The translations under genes were made by a program, and so were the position numbers. Shown piece by piece: positions 11,605 to 25,800 of a DNA stretch of 64,000 bases. Every line of letters begins with the position of its first letter. Position 1 is the first letter of the stretch. A model generated the notes under the pieces. That model was not told where the DNA came from and ran no database searches. It worked only from the letters and a program-made list of their open reading frames with translations. Source of the stretch: Trichoplax adhaerens (lineage: Eukaryota; Animalia; Placozoa); the NCBI RefSeq assembly GCF_000150275.1, contig NW_002060943.1, forward strand, positions 9,394,209 to 9,458,208. The letters run 5' to 3'.

Positions 11605-12822
11605 TACACTGTACTCGGTCCAGTTTACGCGCCAGAGACTGATCAGACAAACCTGTAACGAAGAAGTTTTTTTGATAATTATAATGAAATATATATATCT
11701 AATTATAACACTAATCTCGTATACTACACTGCGCTCGTGTATCCCATACGGTCCAGTTTATGCGGCAGAAACTGATCAGACAAACCTGTAATGAAGACGT
11801 TTTTTGATAATTATAATGAAATATATATATAATTATAACACTAATCTCGTATGCTATACTGCACTCGTGTATCCCATACGGTCCAGTTTATGCGGCAGAG
11901 ACTGATCAGACAAACCTGTAATAACGAAGTTTTTGATAACTATAATGCAATATATATATATATATATATATAATTATAACACTAATTTCGTATGCTCTAC
12001 TGTACTCGTGTATCCCATACGGTCCAGTTTATGCGACAGAGACTGATCTGACAAACCTATAATGACGAAGTTTTTTGATAACTATAATGCAATAATATAT
12101 ATATATATATATAATTATAACACTAATCTCATATACTATACTGTACTCATGTATCCCATACGGTCCAGTTTATGCGGCAGAGACTGATCAGACAAACCTG
12201 TAATGAAGAAGTTTTTTGATAATTATAATGAAATATATATATAATTATAACACTAATCTCGTATGCTATACTGCACTCGTGTATCCCATACGGTCCAGTT
12301 TATGCGGCAGAGACTGATCAGACAAACCTGTAATGAAGAAGTTTTTTGATAATTATAATACAATATACTGTATATATATATACATATAATTATAACACTA
12401 ATCTCGTATGCTATAGTGCACTTGTGTATCCCATACGGTCCAGTTTATGCGGCAGAGACTGATCAGACAAACCTGTAATGACGAAGTTTTTTGATAACTA
12501 TCATGCAATAATATATATATATATATATATAATTATAACACTAATCTCGTATACTATACTGTACTCGTGTATCCCATACGGTCCAGTTTATGCGGCAGAG
12601 ACTGATCAGACAAACCTGTAATGAAGAAGTTTTTTGATAATTATAATGAAGTATACATATAATTATAACACTAATCTCGTATGCTATACTGCACTCGTGT
12701 ATCATCCCATACGGTCCAGTTTATGCGGCAGAGGTTTTTTGATAACTATAATGCAATATACTGTATATATATATATATACATATAAACAATTATAACACT
12801 AATCTCGTATACTGTACTCGTA
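11605..12822. repeat. Minisatellite, ~9 units of 130-145 bp with an internal variable (TA)n tract
   Basis: CGGTCCAGTTTA unit starts at 11616, 11749, 11879, 12020, 12161, 12291, 12436, 12579 and 12712. The last unit has an internal deletion. Confidence 0.97.
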
Positions 12823-13093
12823 TATTCAGTAATAACTAAAGTTAATAGACGTGCTGTACAGCGTACAGTACGATTGCGTACGGTAGTAACCGTACTGTGC
12901 AGTTTCAATAACCAGTCAAAAAAATACAGTACAGTACACGAGTAATTTCTACTGTAATATTGTACTGTAGCACGTGTGCTATACTGTACTGGACTCCATA
13001 GTAAACACTTACTGCTGCTAACAATCATCATTTAACAACCATTACTGAAAAGTCGACGCACAACTCCGCACAAGGCTGGTAGAAATCTAAAAA

Positions 13094-14567
13094 ATGCCTG
13101 GAAGAGAAGGTACACCTATCAATTTTCGCAATATATCGCATTTTAAGCATGCTAAAGAGCTTCTACTATACGATCATGACTTTACTTTACTTTATAATAC
13201 ATATAATATACACAAGTAATAATTATAACTTTAAATTGTAAGTACAGTAAATGTCAGTAATACCAAGTTACTAACAAATAAGATACTACATACAGTCCAG
13301 GCTATCCCGGCCTTGAACATGTAACCGCCACAGCCCTGCTATCCTAGTAGAGTTCCTGTATGACTTTATGCTCCTCTCTTCTTTTAATCCCATCATGCTG
13401 GTGCAATTGATTAAAATAATTGTCACATCATACAGTATGATCATGAAGTAAAAATCTTTTGACTTTATACTGTAGGAGGGAAAAAAAAACCGCTCAAACA
13501 GCCAAAGAAAGACTCCAAAGATATGGACGAAGTAAGTACTAAACAATCTTACAAGATAATTATAATTACAAGTACAGTAATGTATTAGGCTGCTAAGTTG
13601 CAACAAAATTTAAAATACAATTCATCTACATTTTCTGTGCTTAAGAAACTACTGTAGTACAATCTTTCAGCATCAACAATTAGTAGCAATACTGTTTCAC
13701 CTTATTGCTTCGAAAATGTACATTAATTAAAAGCTCATACGCAAACTAACGACAACATCATTCGGTTTCAACTTGTATCATCATAAGATTATTACCGAAT
13801 GTCTAAATACTCGTATATTATATTACGTTATGCTGATACGTAAATATTACTAGTAACGTATTATCCTGCAGATAATGTAAAGTATTGTTGTACGTGATAT
13901 ATTCGTTATTAACTAAAAATGAAATAACGTAATTAATTTAAGTATAAAGCTACTTGTACATCCAGCAGCCGGTTCTTGTAGAGTTCGCTCAATAAATCAT
14001 ATTTTACAATGTAGCCTACCCTCTAAATACAGTACGTATATTGATCATAATTTAGGATGAAGCAGCTCGCAAGCAACAACTACGAGAAGAAAAGAAGAAA
14101 TTAGATGAGGCAAAAGCAAAGGCGTCCCAACGGGGACCTTTCGGTAATTCGATTGATATCACAAATAGTTCTGCCTGTTTTATTTCGTTGAAGACTATAA
14201 AGTGAAATTTTACAAATTGATAGTTCTTCTGAATACGTAATTTTATCTACTAAATTCACTACTTTATCAATTGGCTAACTATAAAATTACTTCACGTGTT
14301 GTAATGCTCCTGTTAAATGTACTGTATAATGTAATACAATATTGTATACATTAGATGAACTAGCAAGTCTATAAACATTGTCTAAAATATTAAATTGGCA
14401 TGTTATCTTGTGGTGCACATACTATACAATGTATACATGTAGATTTTAGAATAGAATTTATATCTACTGTAATTATAAATTATCAGAGAGCCATTTTGAT
14501 ACTGCTATCTAATAGATTCTTCATGATTTTAGGTGGACCTGGACTTAAGAAATCTGGCAAAAAGTAA
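13094..14567 (+). CDS. TMA7: Translation machinery-associated protein 7; exons 13094-13109, 13476-13531, 14056-14143, 14533-14567
   Basis: Spliced product [64 protein letters not shown] matches the TMA7/CCDC72 family ([17 protein letters not shown]...GIKKSGKK). Absent from the ORF track. Confidence 0.96.
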
Positions 14568-17500
14568 GCGTCATTCTATGTTGCCACTCTCCTATGATTA
14601 TCTGCTTATTTACTAGCCTAAATTATGCTATTTAGTATTAATTAGACTTAAACGTAGATACTAATAAGTGATTAATATCTTAACTAATACAATATATCGG
14701 CCACATGATCAGCTCAAACTCTTTGCTATAACCTAGCAAGCTAGTATAAATAATACTGTCATGTTATTTTAGCAGTTCACTATGTAACGCCTAGTCAAGA
14801 TAGAAAAATACACATGTTTAAACTATGTGGCACCACGACAGTTTGGATTAGTTAGTCATTACCCCATAATCTGTGTTTTAAAATTTAAAGTTACATTGCA
14901 TATACTGCCATTTGTGCCCTGAAAGATCCAAAAATTGATTTAATGATCGTAAGGTATATTATCGATACTGGTGTAACTAATAGTAAACAAATCGAAATAT
15001 TACGAGATAGTTCTCTCTAGCTTAAAAGTGTAGATGAATTCTTATTTATAATAATAAATATCATGAATTACTTAAATCTTGTGTTTTGCCTCGGAGATTC
15101 TTGAAATGACTACTTATAGCAATTCAATGTAAAATCACTTTTTCAAATAAAATATTGTGATGCAGTACTAGAACTACGATCCGAATAGTCGCTTAAATAA
15201 GAATATGGAAGCTATAAGAAGTGGAATATTCTCTTTTTTGGTCTAATTATAATTATTGGCTCATTTTAAAATTTTAATCACGTTGTTTTTATAGCCGCGT
15301 ATGTCCATAGAAGTAGAAAAATTTGCATTACTCTACGTAGAACACTAAAGTAAAACAACGCACAAATCGTCAAGGACAGTACGCAGAATTCTATGCAAGC
15401 ATAAATTGAACATTCAGTATACAGTATCTGAAGAGATTACATATTATGTCTTTACGTCAATTCAGAGCGCAGCTCAAAGATGTTTTAGGGTACGTATGCA
15501 GTTATGGACAGTGGTAATCTTGAGCGATTTGCGGTAAAATAAAAGAGTTGCAAATACTGTACAATAGATATTTGTTAACGAAATTATGAGGTCTCCTTTT
15601 TGTTGTCAAATGCGTAGCTAGTGCCATGCAGAACTATGACATGTAATCAGTACAGTTTATAATTGTTCTGAATATACAAGTGATCCATAATTCACGTACC
15701 CACATCTGTAAAGAAACCCTTGACGCGTTTTGATTGTTGGTGAGTGAATATACGTGATTTATAGTAGATCTGCAAGTGTCAAAACAGTACTGTGTGCAAT
15801 GTATTTGCAATATGCGTTCAGAATTATGAATTATAATTAGCTAAGACTCGCAGTAGAATAGACGACACCGATGATTGTTGAGAAGGAAACGTAGTTTTAT
15901 TTAAGGGAGTAAAATCAGGATACGGGATTTGTTGATGCATAAGAAGAGAACACAGTCAGAAAAGACATATAGTCATATCAGGTTTAGATCCAAGTTTCAG
16001 CTCTATAGCTTGACTAAATATAATTAAGCCAACTATAGATAGATTTAGACTTTAAGGGGGATCGTATGCAAAATAATTTACAGTAGATACTATAATGTCC
16101 AGTCCATAGAGCCTCTATGATAGTGGTAAAAGAAAAAGGTCTACATTGTACAGTACATATATGGCCAAGTTGGTCGACTTTCATGCTGCACTACAGTAAT
16201 ACATTACTACTGCTTAACAGTTGGTTTAGAAAAGCAATAGCCCTTAAGAAGATTGCAATGACTAGATCTGTAGTCATGCGTCCATATTCGATAACGTTGA
16301 TTACATGTTTGGCGTAGTTAAATTGCTAACATTTAGGTATTCTCAGGATTTCCTTATTAGATAACAGTTGACTACTAATGTTAGATATTTCTAAATTACT
16401 AATGGTAGTTGATTATACTGTGTAAGTATGGGACATGGTGTTATTACCTTGTGTGAATCAAATATACCCCAGTTATGAAGAAATCCAACACTTTACTTTA
16501 CTGTGTTAGACTTTAAAGGAAAACTAATCGTAAATCAAGTAGATAGACTTGCACTATATACCGATTATGAGCCGAACCCTTAGCACATCTACCTGTTGAT
16601 CATGTAACGAAACTACCAGTTCATAATTGAGTTTTTGAATTGCTCTTTATTTCGTTCACTCAAACTAGATATGCCATCGCGTACGATAACAACACAACAC
16701 AAAGAAATCATAATAATTGAAAATGATCTAATATGAACTTAACTACTTGTAGTACGTATACTGTATTCTAACACATAAGAATATTTGTAGCATGTGATTT
16801 TAATGCGGTAGCTAAAGTGTAGATAAGACGAATGAAATGCCCCATGTTTTATAACTATAACTTAAACAGTACAATCTCTGAAATTTCTTAGTTCTACGAC
16901 GCTTACAATACAAGGTAACAAGCTACGAATGACATTGAATTACAGCGAGGGCGATATTACGATAGATTGCCTATTTGGGAAAATTGCTTCTGCCGATGGA
17001 TGATTCAGTGGTGATTGTAGGCAGCTTGGTTGCCATAAATGGATTGAGCGAGCTACTGTAAATACGATTAATAAGACCTACGGATAGGAGCCGTTTTTGA
17101 TTCATTCCGGTTTAGGATATTACTTTAGATTCTTGTTAGTAGTAACTATGTAACTATTATTATAAATACTTAATAAAAGCCTTTAACTTCTATTTAAATC
17201 TACACTATTGAGTTTTGAGATAGATTACCTTAGCTTTAGGTAGAGCGGCCAGATACTTTTTAATGCAAGATCTTTATCTACTTGTATATATGTAAAAAAA
17301 TTGGATAAGCTTGATATGTGAATATCTTAAGGGATAGTTCTGAAAATATAATGTCTTAATCATAGCTTTATAGTAATCTGTCTTAGCCTGATATTATAAC
17401 AGGGAAATGTAATATTATGATCAAGTAATTAAATCAAATTAATAATAGTAATACCCAGGCATATGCTGAAGTGAATTAATTTAGACGGAATGAATGATTA

Positions 17501-18013
17501 TGCTTGTCTTGTGACCTTTATATCTAACAAATTGAATCTACTCTCTAGTCTAGTCTTTGCAGATTACGTTGACTTTTAACATATAGATACTAATGATTTA
17601 TATTTCAAAGTATTCCATATATCTACTGCGTTTGTTAACTATGAATGATACTTAGTTACATCAAACTTTATTATCTATCAAATACATTGATTTATCATAT
17701 GCAAACAACGCATACGATTGTAGATTTGCAAAAATTAAAAAAACGTAATGTATTACGTAGATTACTAGAAATATGTATACGAGTATATATCCAAAAAAAG
17801 TATACGCGTATACAATAATTGGAAAATTATTATTTATTGATATTTATTACTTTGCCTTTGCACAAACAGAGGGCAGTCTAATAATATAATATAATTTATA
17901 TATGTAATTTATACAGGATACTGTACTGTATACCGTAATGTATCAAAGAACAATTGAAAAGGATACTAAACCAACATCATCATCAATGTACTGTATTTTG
18001 CCGGTTTATGCAC

Positions 18014-18043
18014 GTTACTATGGTAACTAATAGCCATAGTAAC
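18014..18043. promoter_or_regulatory. Tandem RFX X-box motifs upstream of CFAP276
   Basis: GTTACTATGGTAAC (18014-18027) and ATAGCCATAGTAAC (18030-18043) resemble the GTTNCCATGGNAAC consensus; ~220-250 bp upstream of the ATG of a ciliary gene. Confidence 0.7.
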
Positions 18044-18261
18044 AAATGAAAAGCAATGCTGCCTTTTAAGTTTGGTGTAGGACCCTGTTATGCTGGATTG
18101 ATATTATAGAAAATACAGTACGATAATTGACATATTGGGTCAACTAATTAAATCATTAATTTACAAGACCGAAAACTTTAATGCATTCTTGCTGCTTTGA
18201 GACTCTTGCTAGATTATAATTTTTAAGATTCATTAATATTGAATGTCGCAAACTGTATACC

Positions 18262-19314
18262 ATGCCTAGAAATCCTTTTCCATTTCCTTGCTATGAAAAC
18301 GAACGTAGTTTTAACGGCAACGAACCATCGCATGTATGTATATAGGAGAACTTATTATGGTTTCTGAACTGACGTTTATTCATGTATTATAATGATACCA
18401 ACTGCTGTGATAATAACTGCGCTTTAGCACCTCATTTAATTATAAAATTAATTTAATTTAATACGCAGTCTTAAAGAATTTGACTGTAAATACGTTGTGA
18501 TATAGCATTTCTTTTCTAAAAGTTTTCAAATTAGATATTAATGAGTTTTTAACGATGCTACTTCTATAAAATTTACGCCTACAGCAAACATTTCCAAGAA
18601 ACTTCAAGCCTGTCGATAATGTGACGTGGGATCGGCTTCATCAAACTCATACCCTTCAAAGCATGAGAAGAAGTTATTTCAGTTACGATGAGGAGGTTAT
18701 TTTATTAATAAAAACATTTAAATTCGAATGCTTTCTTTGCTAGCTTTGAGCGAAACTCTTATATTGCAACTTCTATCTCTCTCTAGGAACCAAAAGATAG
18801 CTTAGATTTCGCATTGAAATCCTATTATGATCACCACAGCGAATTTCTAAAAGACACAAATGAGACATTACTACAAGCTGAGACACTTAACAAACCGCAC
18901 AAGTAATATTTATATAGAATATTCTTAAGAGTTCCTTGTAACAATATAGCTATTAGTTTGAGTTCTTAAAATTATAATAGTACTAGCTAATACAATCCGA
19001 CTCCACTATAGACGAATATTACGAAATCGCCCTAAAACAACACCTGCTAAAATTGACTTGAAGAAGTTACCGATTAAAACGTATCAATCCAGTACAAAAG
19101 AAAATCCGAATAGGGTCAAAGGAGCAATTGGTATTATAAATAGTTTTGTTGAAATTAAAATAAAATATCTAGCATACTTTACAGCACTTTCGTATAATTA
19201 CTATGATTTGTATAACATTGTGTATAACTTGTATTATATATAGAGGGCCACCACAATGCGGTTACAAATAATGGATTTTCTCGGAAATTTGATGGAGGAT
19301 TTTATACTAGCTAA
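18262..19314 (+). CDS. CFAP276: Cilia- and flagella-associated protein 276 (C1orf194-like); exons 18262-18333, 18585-18695, 18787-18902, 19012-19130, 19244-19314
   Basis: Spliced product MPRNPFPFPCYEN...[41 protein letters not shown]...GAIEGHHNAVTNNGFSRKFDGGFYTS* matches recalled human C1orf194 motifs (WSRLNSTPTITSMRR, PKDDLDFRL, TNGGYSRKKDGGFF). Exon phases are consistent. Confidence 0.92.
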
Positions 19315-19866
19315 TTAACCTTGCGATTATTTTTTGTGTTAATTATTTACTCAATTAACTATCTTTTATCAGTATGTTGTGCACTATACCTACATTAATG
19401 TGAAATAAATACAAAATTAGTCTTCTGAAAGGAATAAGGCTAAGGAATGATCAAGTATTTTATTGGGTAGCAATTCATTAGCATAATTTATTTTAGTATG
19501 CCTAATGCTTCAATAATATTATTTTCGTAACACGGTATCACATCAAAAGAATTTAGATCAAGTTTATTTAATAAATAGATTTCCATTAACCCTTTCAAGT
19601 TAACTAGGAATTAGCTTTCAAAAAATACTATTATCAACAAGTGCTTAAAATGTTTTTACATACAGATTAAAAATGTTAGTGATAGCGTAAAATGTAATAC
19701 GGAAATATAATAAAATACTAGAAACTCGAAGGATTTAAGTAATAATTGCACGTAGGCTACAAATCAAAATCACATAGAAAGATTCTATGGCTTTAATAAA
19801 TTTCATTCAAAAATTGGGTATCATGGCAAAGTTTATCCGTAATCATCTTTTAAAGTCACCTAGGTA

Positions 19867-22800
19867 CTATAATTCTTGTATCTCCACTCCTTCAATGCTT
19901 TCTTCGCGAGTAGATCGACTAGTTCGCAAACGAGCATTACACTAACCCAAGATTGAAGAATTCACATTATTAAAATTTACTTGTATATGAAGTAGAGTTA
20001 ACCAATACTGAATCTATGGTAACAGTTAGCTATACTCGCATAGTACATATGGTATGCATTAAACTAAGACAAAACACTTATTTATTGATAATTAGCTTAA
20101 TAGTAGTTTGAGCAAATTAACTTACAGTTTTGGGCCTTGTCATCCTTTTAATGCGATCGTTATTTGCTAATATAGTGAAAAATTTTTAATATTAGAAATC
20201 AAATTCCATGTATTCATAACAATCCGAAATTTTAAATGGACATAAATAGGATACGGTGATCTAACCTGCTTGTATGTGAGAACTGCCGGGTCCCCTTGGA
20301 ATAGCGCTAAAACAACGTGTTTTAAGTTTAATGTCTTTTAATGGTTGTGCCCGACCTGTGCATGATATATAAAGTACACTGTCGTTAATCACGCTGTATA
20401 ATTATTATTGTTCAACTGACACAATAAAAATTAATAGATACAGAGAGTCAATCAATCTTTAATGATAGTATACCACTAGAGTTTAAGAGGCTGTATTGCT
20501 TCTCTTCAAATTCGTTAATTTGAACTTGAAGATCGTCTACTTTATGGAAAGCATTAAGTTTGAGAGATCTTTCGTGCGCTATTTTCTTCTGTAAATGTTC
20601 TACAGCCTAACAAAGCATTATATGCAATAAAGCCTTTAGTTAGCTTACATTTCTATGTCATTTACATATAGCAACAGCTTTAAATTTAACACTAAGAACC
20701 TTTCTGCCTTTAGCTTCAACTACGGCAACTTCCTTTTGATTCTTTTCGAATTTCCCTATAAAGTAAGAAAATTAATAGAACGCTGTTACCAAAAGGTACG
20801 CTATTGTAAGTTGATTAGTTAGCAATACTGAAAGTTAGGCTGCTATAATTAACCGGTAACTTCTTGCAATAAGACGTCCTTAGTTTTTAAGTCATCGATC
20901 TAAGTGTGAGATGTTTCCATTTTGTTATCGTGTGAGTAGATTAATAGAGAGCATCTAAAGATGGATTTAGCAAAATATGATTATACTGTATATCATAAAC
21001 GTATTACCAGCTGCAGGAAATTTTCTCTTTTTGCAAGTTCCAATTGTTTCCTATTCTGAGCTTGCTGTAATGAAATATTTAGGAAATTAATCTAATGTTA
21101 CTTTGTAAATAAATTCATATCGAAGTCATCATAAGTGTTGTATGTACCTGTTGAGCAACATGAGTTTTTTGTACTTTTTCATATTCCTAAAAAAATTTCC
21201 AGATTTTGTTTTAAGTTAGCAACAATCAAGTAATAATTTTACTTTCTAGTCTGCGTATTTGCAAACGTGAAGTAACTATAAATTTTACCTCTGCAGCTAA
21301 TTTCTTCTGTAACGATTCTCTATCCTTTTCCAAATGCTCTATACACTGCAAAAGCAATTAAAATAGAAAGTAAGTGTACGTAAGACAAGGCTCTATATGA
21401 TTTCAGTTTATACTATTCATAATCTATCTGATGCACTTAAAAAACAAAAGTTTGTTAATCTATTAGCAACGCAATCGTTATTACTCTACGTGCTCATAAA
21501 ACTATACATCTACAAGCAGTAAATTTAAGCTTGAATAAGTAACCGTATTGGAAATACAAGATTTTATAAAATTTATGTATGACAATATATAATAAGGGAT
21601 AATAATAGATTTATTTACTTCTGCAACTGTTAAATTTTATGTTTTCTGTAAAAACTAACTATACTACACCTTCCGTAAAGCTTCCAGCTGCTGTCTTAGC
21701 AATGTAATTTCTTCGTCAGCTTTCATCTTTATTTGTAAATTTCCCTTTTGCATCTTATTAACCTTTTCTTTCAATTGTTCTTCCTGTTGAAAATATGCCA
21801 GCCGTATTAAATTAGGAACCTATTAATATGTACACTTTCTACTAAAGCTAATTAATCTCTCTAAGTACAATTATAAATCTAGATCATTTCAAGGATTTAC
21901 GTTTTTTGTGAAGCTTAATTTATCCTTTGCAATCTTCCATTCATTCATCGTTCTCAATTTAGCTAGCTGTGATAATAATAAACTTATCAAAAGTTTGCAA
22001 ATGAATAGATAACCAAATAATTAAAATGCTACAATTATTTCCTATCCTTAATTGTAGGTTTCTCAGCTTACATATTGATTTAAATAAATATTTTCCTTAT
22101 GCAATTCGCGAAATTTTTGCGATTTTTCCAAAATAGCATCTAGTTTTTTATATCCATCTATATTGTTTTAAAAATGGAGCTGATAAGCATTTTTAAAGTA
22201 ATTATAAATTAATCACTAACGTAATTTAATTTGAACTATTACTTAATATGCCATTTGACATAAACAGAGGTAAATACGAATTTAAATGAGATAATTAATT
22301 AATCAGCTTCATATATCGTAATTACGAGTATGTCATAAATTAATACTTTACTATGATAGTAATAGAATGTACCTTTACTTATGATTGATTGATCTTTTAC
22401 GGTTTTTAATTTTTGAATGGTTTTTTTCCTGGTCTCTTGAATATTTTGTTGGATGTCATTGTAGAAGTGGCATCTGCATATAATGTATCGGTTGGTTTAA
22501 TATACTAATATAGGATAAATATAGTAGGTAATTTTTTATCGCACTACAATTGTATTTATAAACGAACGATTATAATTATAGACTCGCTTTTGTAACTTGT
22601 ATGATAATAGCTTTGTTTACTGGCTCACTTTAAACTTATAGTAATGCCCGATAATGCAATAAGCTTTAGACCTCACCGAAGATTTCGAATACAAATAAAG
22701 CAATAGAGAACACAATGCAGGTAAATATGCAATAGCTTATTTCGTAATCTTTATGAAATTTACAACTAGATATCTAAATTCTATTTAACTATATTATGAT

Positions 22801-25800
22801 AGGATTTCCTACTATAAGATTTTGTAGTCTAAAAGGATTATATCACGAAAATAATCAAAATTAGTTAACTATTACACAATTAATGTCATAAATGTAAAGT
22901 GTACGAAAATAAACTACTTTAATGTTTACGAAAATTATAGTGAAGCTAGCTCCGCAATTTAAAATATGAGACAGATTGTATTAGGGAAGAAGTAGTAAAC
23001 CTACACGATTGAAATATTCCATTCTAGTAAAATACGAAATTATTTCATGTTACAATTTTCTACTTAGATTGGTATCTCTTCCAAGAGCTTACTTTAGATA
23101 ATAATGATTATGTAGTAATAAACCCTATATTTGCTGGTATAATTTCACATATGCAACATGCATTACGTGTTATTGACAAGAATAGCTACTAAATTCAGTT
23201 AAATGGTCAATTAGTTATCTTAGCATATTTCTTAGTGCATGGACTTAGTAATATTTTTAGCCCTACTTATGTCTAATCATTAAATTGCTATTTTAATGCG
23301 GTATATTCCATAACGATTATTCTGGAACAGCTATTTAATAAAGTATGATTACAATCATAAATAGAAGAGATTATGTCGGTAACCGATATAACATAGTATG
23401 TACAGTAGCTGCACGATTTAAACAAACCATCTTAATCAGAAGATAGAGTGGTTTAAAAATTACGAGCCGTTACAAAAAAACTAATGCTTAACTATATTTA
23501 AAAGCTGAAACATTTACGCCAACAATTATAAACTTCAGATTTAAATGATCGAGAATCTTACCTATAATCATTAAATCGACTTTTTAGTGTGGTAGACGAA
23601 TGATATAAATTTTTTACCAGATTATCAAACGAATTTTTAATGTTTTTCCGGATGAATTGTTCCTAAAATTGAGGAAGATTTTATACTTAATCCGTTTATT
23701 ATTTAATTGTTAGGAGGGTAACGGTAAATGCTGAACCCTAAATAGAGGCTTACAACCTAAAACAAGTACTTTATCCGAGGTTGCGGATATTTTCATTTTT
23801 ATACTGACCTGATCTAAGCTGTAATCTCTCATATCAGCAATTTTTGCTCTTAGCGCAGTAATTTCTATTAAAAAATCGATAATTTTAATATAGTTGGTAT
23901 AATAGAGAACCAAATTTTTCTACAGATAGAGACGCAAGTACCTAATACTAGCTGATAAAATTTATCTGCTAACTGAAAGTGAGCGTTAGCAAAATTTTCT
24001 TCTGATATTTGTCCTACTGTAGATTGGAGATTCTTTACTTCCTATAGATAAAATATAATATATATCAGCTGACGTCATTAACGAATGACAATTGGCTATT
24101 TAAGGGTAATACGTGATAACATCAAATTTTTGACCTGTTCTCTTATATGACATAGGTAGCGGAGATGTTTTAACAGTCCCTCATAAAATGAACTATAGCT
24201 AATAAACAAAAATATTAAACGTAAAAATTGGTTTACAAAGTGTCTAGAATTAATTCTTTACTATCTATAGCATTATATAGATGCTGTAGACTTTGTATCA
24301 TTGCTAACCAATTTTAATTTTACTTTGACTTTACATTAAAAATTAAATAACAAAACATACTTTTCGTAGCAGATTCGTTCTCTTTCCATTACTTTACAAT
24401 CTAACTTTCTTAAACAGTCAGAAAGATAGGTTTTGCTAATGATGATATTATCGCCTGAATCTTTAATATTCTTGGATAAACATCGAACAAAGTCATCGGC
24501 TAAGTAAGGTCGATCAATTATGATCGTTTCAGCTGTTCCCTATTTATAGCGTAATGGAATATCAGATGAGAAATTATGCACTATACTATGCCTAATAAAT
24601 TCGTGAATTTCTTAACTAATAAGTATCAAGTTACATCTTGTGATATCAATACTAGTTTTTAGTAATAATTCAATCTTTAACAATAATACAGGATTTACAA
24701 GATAAGTAATCTGTAATCTTACCTCCTTTTGCCATAAATCATTAGGAAGGGTATGATCGATTTTAACTTTCTCAGTTAAAACGAAACTGTGATCTTTAGC
24801 TACTTTCTTTCTCATTTGAACGATCATGTGACATTCAATTGCAACTAAAATGTGTTGTATCTAAGAAACAAGAGAATGTAGTCATCGCGAATCAAAATCC
24901 TTCAAATAAGAATAAAATAAATGAACGATACCACTTATTGTTACCATTTTTATTTATTACGCGTGCATTTACGTTTGACTAATCATACTTTACCTGTCTA
25001 TACTTTAACTCAAAGTCAGAGATTATTTCTGGCAAATCGATTTTCTCCGTATCAGTTATTTGTAGTAATCGTTCATGTTCCTGTAGCTATTGGTAGGGAT
25101 AGCAAAAATGAAGTAGTAACCTACAAAAACCCGAGCCTGATTTCTAGCAGTACTTTTAGCTATAATACATTATTATTTTACCAAGTTATGATCCCGAGTG
25201 GCATCTTTTAAAACAGGTAAAATAACCTCTCTTCTATAAAATTTTCTAATTAAATCATCGCATAAAAAATAATATTAGTAAACACTTAAATTTACTGTAA
25301 TAGCACTACGTTACTAACATTTTAACTTACTCAAATACTTTTAGAGTTTTGGTATTGGTAATTTCTTGTAGGTTAAGTGACATTTCTGCAAATCTATTCT
25401 TCAACTCTTCCATACAAGTCCAGATTTGTAAATAAGTTTGCATATTCCGTAAGGTTGCACTAAAGTCCAATAAAGAATATTTTTAGTCAGTTTGTAGAGA
25501 AACACACATACAATAGATAAAATAATGATTACTTTTTGGAAATCATTTTATAACAACATATATGAGAGCAAAACTCCTGCGAAGCTAACAGCGGTAAATT
25601 ACAAACTGCGAGATAATGAAACAATAGCATGGTTGTGATACTCTCTAAAAGCATAAGTTATATATGATACCACGTAGCCGAATGATACATTTCGGCTGGT
25701 AGTTGTAGCTGGTATCTTAATACTGAGTTTTTTAAAGATTTAAATTTAATCTTAGTATGGTAATATTCTCTTACTACTCCATACTGCAACTGCATAAGTA

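Noticed and set aside
11605-12822. Repeat array as a CRISPR-like locus
   Set aside because: The variable parts are only (TA)n length changes, not unique spacers; there are no cas genes and the context is eukaryotic.
14600-18000. Possible gene between TMA7 and CFAP276
   Set aside because: Only isolated splice-like signals; no consistent exon chain or recognisable protein.
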